Assembly: GCA_963663805.2 (NCBI GenBank)
Contig: CAXXMR010000011.1
Span: forward strand, 1-64,000
Direction of reading: 5' to 3'
DNA length: 64,000 bases
Source: Sedimentisphaerales bacterium
Lineage (GTDB): Bacteria > Planctomycetota > Phycisphaerae > Sedimentisphaerales > SM23-30
This document shows, piece after piece, positions 60,776 to 64,000 of the stretch (position 1 is the stretch's first letter; every line of letters begins with the position of its first letter). Made by a program: the position numbers and the translations under genes. The notes beneath the pieces are model-generated. The model did no database searches and was not told the DNA's origin. It saw only the letters and a program-made list of their open reading frames with translations.

Positions 60776-61789
60776 ATGAGTACCGAAAGAATCGCCCAGG
60801 CCGCCGGAGTATCCAAAGCAACCGTGTCACGCGTACTGAACGGCTCGACCAAAGTCGCCGCCGAAACCCGCCAGAAAGTACTCGAAGTCGTCGACCAGCT
60901 CGGCCTGACCCCAAGCACCCGCAAAAAATCCCGGCCCGGCAAAAATATCACCGTCCTAATCTTTGGCCGTGACCTATTTATGGAATACTCGCCCGCCCGC
61001 TGGCGTATACTTTACGGCATCCAAAAGGTAATGAGACTCCGCAACGTCAACTTGTCAACCTATCAAATCATCGACGAAAACGACTTCCCGGCCCAGTCAC
61101 TCGAAAACGCCGATGGTGTAATCGTCCTCGGAAAAATCAACAACGAAAACAACAACCTGCTTAACAATATTTCCCAAATCCCCTCCGTATGGATAAATTC
61201 CATGGGCAGCACCAACGTCGATATGGCCCTGGCCCGCAACCAGCTCGTTGGACAGATTGCCGCCCAATACCTAATCGCCCGCAAACATAAATGCCTTGCC
61301 TTTTTCCGCGTTATAATGAGCCACGCTGCCATTGAGACCGACGGTGATTTCTTTGAATTCACCGCCACCAAATCCGGCTGTACCGTAAAAACGTTTGAAG
61401 GCATGGACCACTTCCCCGACCAAGACGAACTGGAAAACTGGCTCAGCCTCGAAAATATCGTCAAACAAGCCATGAAAAAACTCAGCCAGGCCAACCCCCG
61501 CCCCACCGGCCTGTTCGTACCGCTCGGAGCAGCCGTACCCATGTGCTACAAATATCTCCATAACGAAGGCATCAAGCCCGGCCGAGATATCGACATCGTC
61601 AGTTGCGGCTGCGAAAACGCCATGATGGCATCACTGTCACCACACCCCGCCAATATCAGCCTGAACGTCGAGACCATCGGCGAAAAAGCCGCCTCACAGC
61701 TAATCAACAAAATTGAACACCCCCGCGACACCTCACCAGTAAATATCACCGTAATCCCAACCCTGACCCCTGCATCAAAAACACGATAG
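60776..61789 (+). CDS. LacI-family transcriptional regulator
   Basis: IAQAAGVSKATVSRVLNG..ETRQKVL; PTGLFV, PGRDIDIVS. Confidence 0.92.
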   Translation: MSTERIAQAAGVSKATVSRVLNGSTKVAAETRQKVLEVVDQLGLTPSTRKKSRPGKNITVLIFGRDLFMEYSPARWRILYGIQKVMRLRNVNLSTYQIIDENDFPAQSLENADGVIVLGKINNENNNLLNNISQIPSVWINSMGSTNVDMALARNQLVGQIAAQYLIARKHKCLAFFRVIMSHAAIETDGDFFEFTATKSGCTVKTFEGMDHFPDQDELENWLSLENIVKQAMKKLSQANPRPTGLFVPLGAAVPMCYKYLHNEGIKPGRDIDIVSCGCENAMMASLSPHPANISLNVETIGEKAASQLINKIEHPRDTSPVNITVIPTLTPASKTR

Positions 61790-61841
61790 GCTCCCAAACC
61801 GCCTTTTCCACAAGTCCACCCAAAATAAAGACATAAAAAAA

Positions 61842-61883
61842 TACACCACTCAGGACTTGAACCTGAAACCCGCTGATTAAGAG
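61842..61883 (-). pseudogene. 3' half of tRNA-Lys(CTT); att-site duplication
   Basis: Minus strand CTCTTAA-TCAGC-GGGTT-TCAGG-TTCAAGT-CCTGA-GTGGTGT-A; 5' anticodon stem, D-arm and 5' acceptor strand absent. Confidence 0.85.
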
Positions 61884-62036
61884 GACCCAAAGCAAAAAAA
61901 CGCAAGATTCTGTAAAACAAACACTTACGGCATAAACTCTTGTAATTAAAAAGGTTAATTAAGAAAAACGCTTTGTATTTCATACGGTTTTTTTTCTTAA
62001 TATCCACAACTCGAAACGGCAGGTTACACTCTTGGG

Positions 62037-62759
62037 TTACACTTCCGTATCTTCCCAGTCTGCCTCGGTAGGCATGATAGGCTCAACACCCACCGGCCTC
62101 TCATCGCCGGGGAATCCGTGTGTGCTTTCGTTCCTAATTTTCCAGTGGCCGGTCTCAAGTAGGTTGATTTCGTCGGGCAGTTTGTCCACCCGGTCAAGGG
62201 CAGTCTGGAGGTTGAAGATTGGGCAGAGGTGCAACATTTTGATTTTGGCTTCTCTGGTCAAAATGGCCTTGATTTGGTCCTTGTTGATTTGCCAGGTGTA
62301 CTGGTTGACGAACTTGCCGAACCGGTACCAATACGGGTCTTCAGGCATGGTGTAATAACCGGTCGCGTAGTCGTGTCTTGGCTCTCTCAGAACCTCGCTC
62401 AAATGCTGGCAGCCCCAACCAGGCCGGTTATCGTCATAGTTGCAATGTTTGTCCGGCCTGAAGCGTTCCTGTCGCTTCTGGTAGCATTTGATGGGCGTCA
62501 GATAGTAGTCGATGAACATCCATGTACATTCCTCACCATCGAGCAGCAGACGGCTTTTAGACCACCCCTTGATAATTCGCCACAGGCGTTTAAGGAACTG
62601 GTGTTCACGCTCGAACATTTCATAATTGACCCGGATGGTGTGCAGGCCGGCAATGAGCTCATGGTCACTGAATTTCTTGGTCAGCCCCAGGGCCTTGGGA
62701 TAGTTCCGGGATTTGGACTCCTGGAACTGAAGCATTATTTTGAAGGGTATATCTGACAT
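62037..62759 (-). CDS. Hypothetical protein
   Basis: 240-aa ORF; Cys/Trp motifs (CY..HC..WGC..LCP); no family recognised. Confidence 0.7.
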   Translation of the reverse strand: MSDIPFKIMLQFQESKSRNYPKALGLTKKFSDHELIAGLHTIRVNYEMFEREHQFLKRLWRIIKGWSKSRLLLDGEECTWMFIDYYLTPIKCYQKRQERFRPDKHCNYDDNRPGWGCQHLSEVLREPRHDYATGYYTMPEDPYWYRFGKFVNQYTWQINKDQIKAILTREAKIKMLHLCPIFNLQTALDRVDKLPDEINLLETGHWKIRNESTHGFPGDERPVGVEPIMPTEADWEDTEV

Positions 62760-62798
62760 ATGATTTCTCTAAAACATTTTACAATCGCACCCAAAGGG

Positions 62799-63497
62799 TT
62801 AATGACCTAGTACACCACTTTGTTTGAGTGTTCGTTTGGCACGATATTTTTCAAAATCCTCTTTTTTTTGTTCTTTTGCTGATTCGGGCCATTTATCATT
62901 TGCCAAGGTGCATAATGGGTCCATCCATGTTGATGAAGCCGCGCCAAAATCACGTGCCATTACTCTGGCCTCATTACATCCGATCCATTTTTCTGACTTA
63001 CCCAAAAGATAATCTAACCGAGCAAAGAATACTTGATATAATGCCCCCTGGTTTTCCATTTCGACCCTGCTGAACACGTCAATATTTTCCATTCCATCAG
63101 GCATGTTCTGCACTCCGGTATATGGATTACCACTAACAGCATCGGCAATAGTAACTTCCCTGATAACAATTTTAGTTCCATTATCAACTGCTTCAGTTTG
63201 GATATACCAATAGTCAAACCCAGATGCCGCCGCAAGTACGGCATAGAAAAACCATTGCCTTTGAGCTAAACAACCATGTTGACCGTGTGAAACTTCGTAA
63301 TCTTTATCCGCCAATCTGAATAGCTCATCTACCGCAGTTAAAACTTTCTCTTCTGAAACATTTTCGTATATTCGGGTTCTCTGCGAATCATACTGTTTTC
63401 GTAAGGTTAAGGATTCTTCACGGGTAAGCCGCTGGGGAGCACACCCCATAACTATCATAGAGGTTAATATAAGTAGTGTGATTTGTTTAATTTTCAT
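62799..63497 (-). CDS. Putative lipoprotein
   Basis: GGAG RBS; MKIKQITLLILTSMIVMG|C lipobox-like signal. Confidence 0.8.
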   Translation of the reverse strand: MKIKQITLLILTSMIVMGCAPQRLTREESLTLRKQYDSQRTRIYENVSEEKVLTAVDELFRLADKDYEVSHGQHGCLAQRQWFFYAVLAAASGFDYWYIQTEAVDNGTKIVIREVTIADAVSGNPYTGVQNMPDGMENIDVFSRVEMENQGALYQVFFARLDYLLGKSEKWIGCNEARVMARDFGAASSTWMDPLCTLANDKWPESAKEQKKEDFEKYRAKRTLKQSGVLGH

Positions 63498-63535
63498 AAT
63501 TTACTCCAAGCGTCACGCCCTGGATGGGATATCGT

Positions 63536-63868
63536 TCATTGCTTCATTGGAACCCGTACTAAGTAGTGAACATCGTAAATATTAAATTTTTTGTAACGCA
63601 ACAAAGTCTCACGCGACACAATTTCATAGTTGACTGTTTCTATGTTGTTATCCGAAAGCCAAATTTCCAACCATTTGATACGCGTTTTTTCAGCGTTGTC
63701 ACTTTCCAATGGATATCTCGCATCTGTCCTTACAGTATATTCATAATATTGAAAACCATCTTGTGTATTCTTGGGCTTAAACTCGGTCATGTCCATACGA
63801 TCGTAAGGGGTGCACCCCATAACAATCATAAAGATTACTATAAGTAATACTATTTGTTTGATTTTCAT
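63536..63868 (-). CDS. Putative small lipoprotein
   Basis: GGAG RBS; MKIKQIVLLIVIFMIVMG|C. Confidence 0.78.
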   Translation of the reverse strand: MKIKQIVLLIVIFMIVMGCTPYDRMDMTEFKPKNTQDGFQYYEYTVRTDARYPLESDNAEKTRIKWLEIWLSDNNIETVNYEIVSRETLLRYKKFNIYDVHYLVRVPMKQ

Positions 63869-63892
63869 TCTGACTCCAAAATGATACGTACT

Positions 63893-64000
63893 TTATTGAT
63901 AATAAGCCGCCTTTCCCATTTCCTGCTCTCTTTCCTTCTGAATGAGTGTTCGCTTTTTCAACTCTTTTTCTTTGCAATCTTTCGCAGATTCAGGCCATTT
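63893..64000 (-). CDS. 3' end of a probable paralog of the 62799..63497 lipoprotein (partial)
   Basis: KWPESAKDCKEKELKKRTLIQ...YYQ* versus KWPESAKEQKKEDFEKYRAKRTLKQ. Confidence 0.7.
   Translation of the reverse strand, partial: KWPESAKDCKEKELKKRTLIQKEREQEMGKAAYYQ

Larger units (their letters stand above)
61884..64000. mobile_element. End of a tRNA-integrated element (prophage/ICE/genomic island) continuing beyond the window
   Basis: Lies 5' of the tRNA fragment; orphan genes, the last ones visibly AT-richer; integrase not in the window. Confidence 0.65.

Noticed and set aside
61842..61915. Intact tRNA-Lys gene
   Set aside because: No 5' anticodon stem, D-arm or 5' acceptor strand; only the 3' half is present
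1..64000. CRISPR array, rRNA, intact transposase or integrase
   Set aside because: No regularly spaced repeats, rRNA-like sequence or recombinase motifs noticed by eye

Overview
64 kb of a bacterial chromosome, most likely a planctomycete of class Phycisphaerae (inferred from DUF1559-like prepilins, PEP-CTERM proteins, single dockerin-like tails and many Cys-type sulfatases). 1-21 kb is mostly core: Ca/Na antiporter, queA, a PAS kinase, pgi, a TPR/HEAT protein, a ferredoxin, an HDOD kinase/regulator cluster and ileS, plus a highly structured gene-free stretch at about 2.7-3.15 kb that may be an ncRNA. 21-28 kb is an accessory five-gene Hsp70/GrpE/J-domain operon with a 1012-aa unknown partner, bracketed by two MITE-like elements and a Fic-type gene remnant. 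28-35.5 kb holds metabolic genes; tkt, a GH5 and a PEP-CTERM gene are broken by single-base deletions that look like long-read errors. 33.7-61.8 kb is a glycan-utilisation region with no SusC/D. It is built from two copies of one module: a prepilin-like protein, a PEP-CTERM protein and a dockerin-tailed paralog of that same PEP-CTERM protein, with LacI regulators, visible operators, sulfatases and glycosidases. At 61842-61883 a 3' half of tRNA-Lys(CTT) marks the att end of an integrated element that carries tandem lipoproteins with a shared leader. All calls come from reading motifs by eye; no database search was run.
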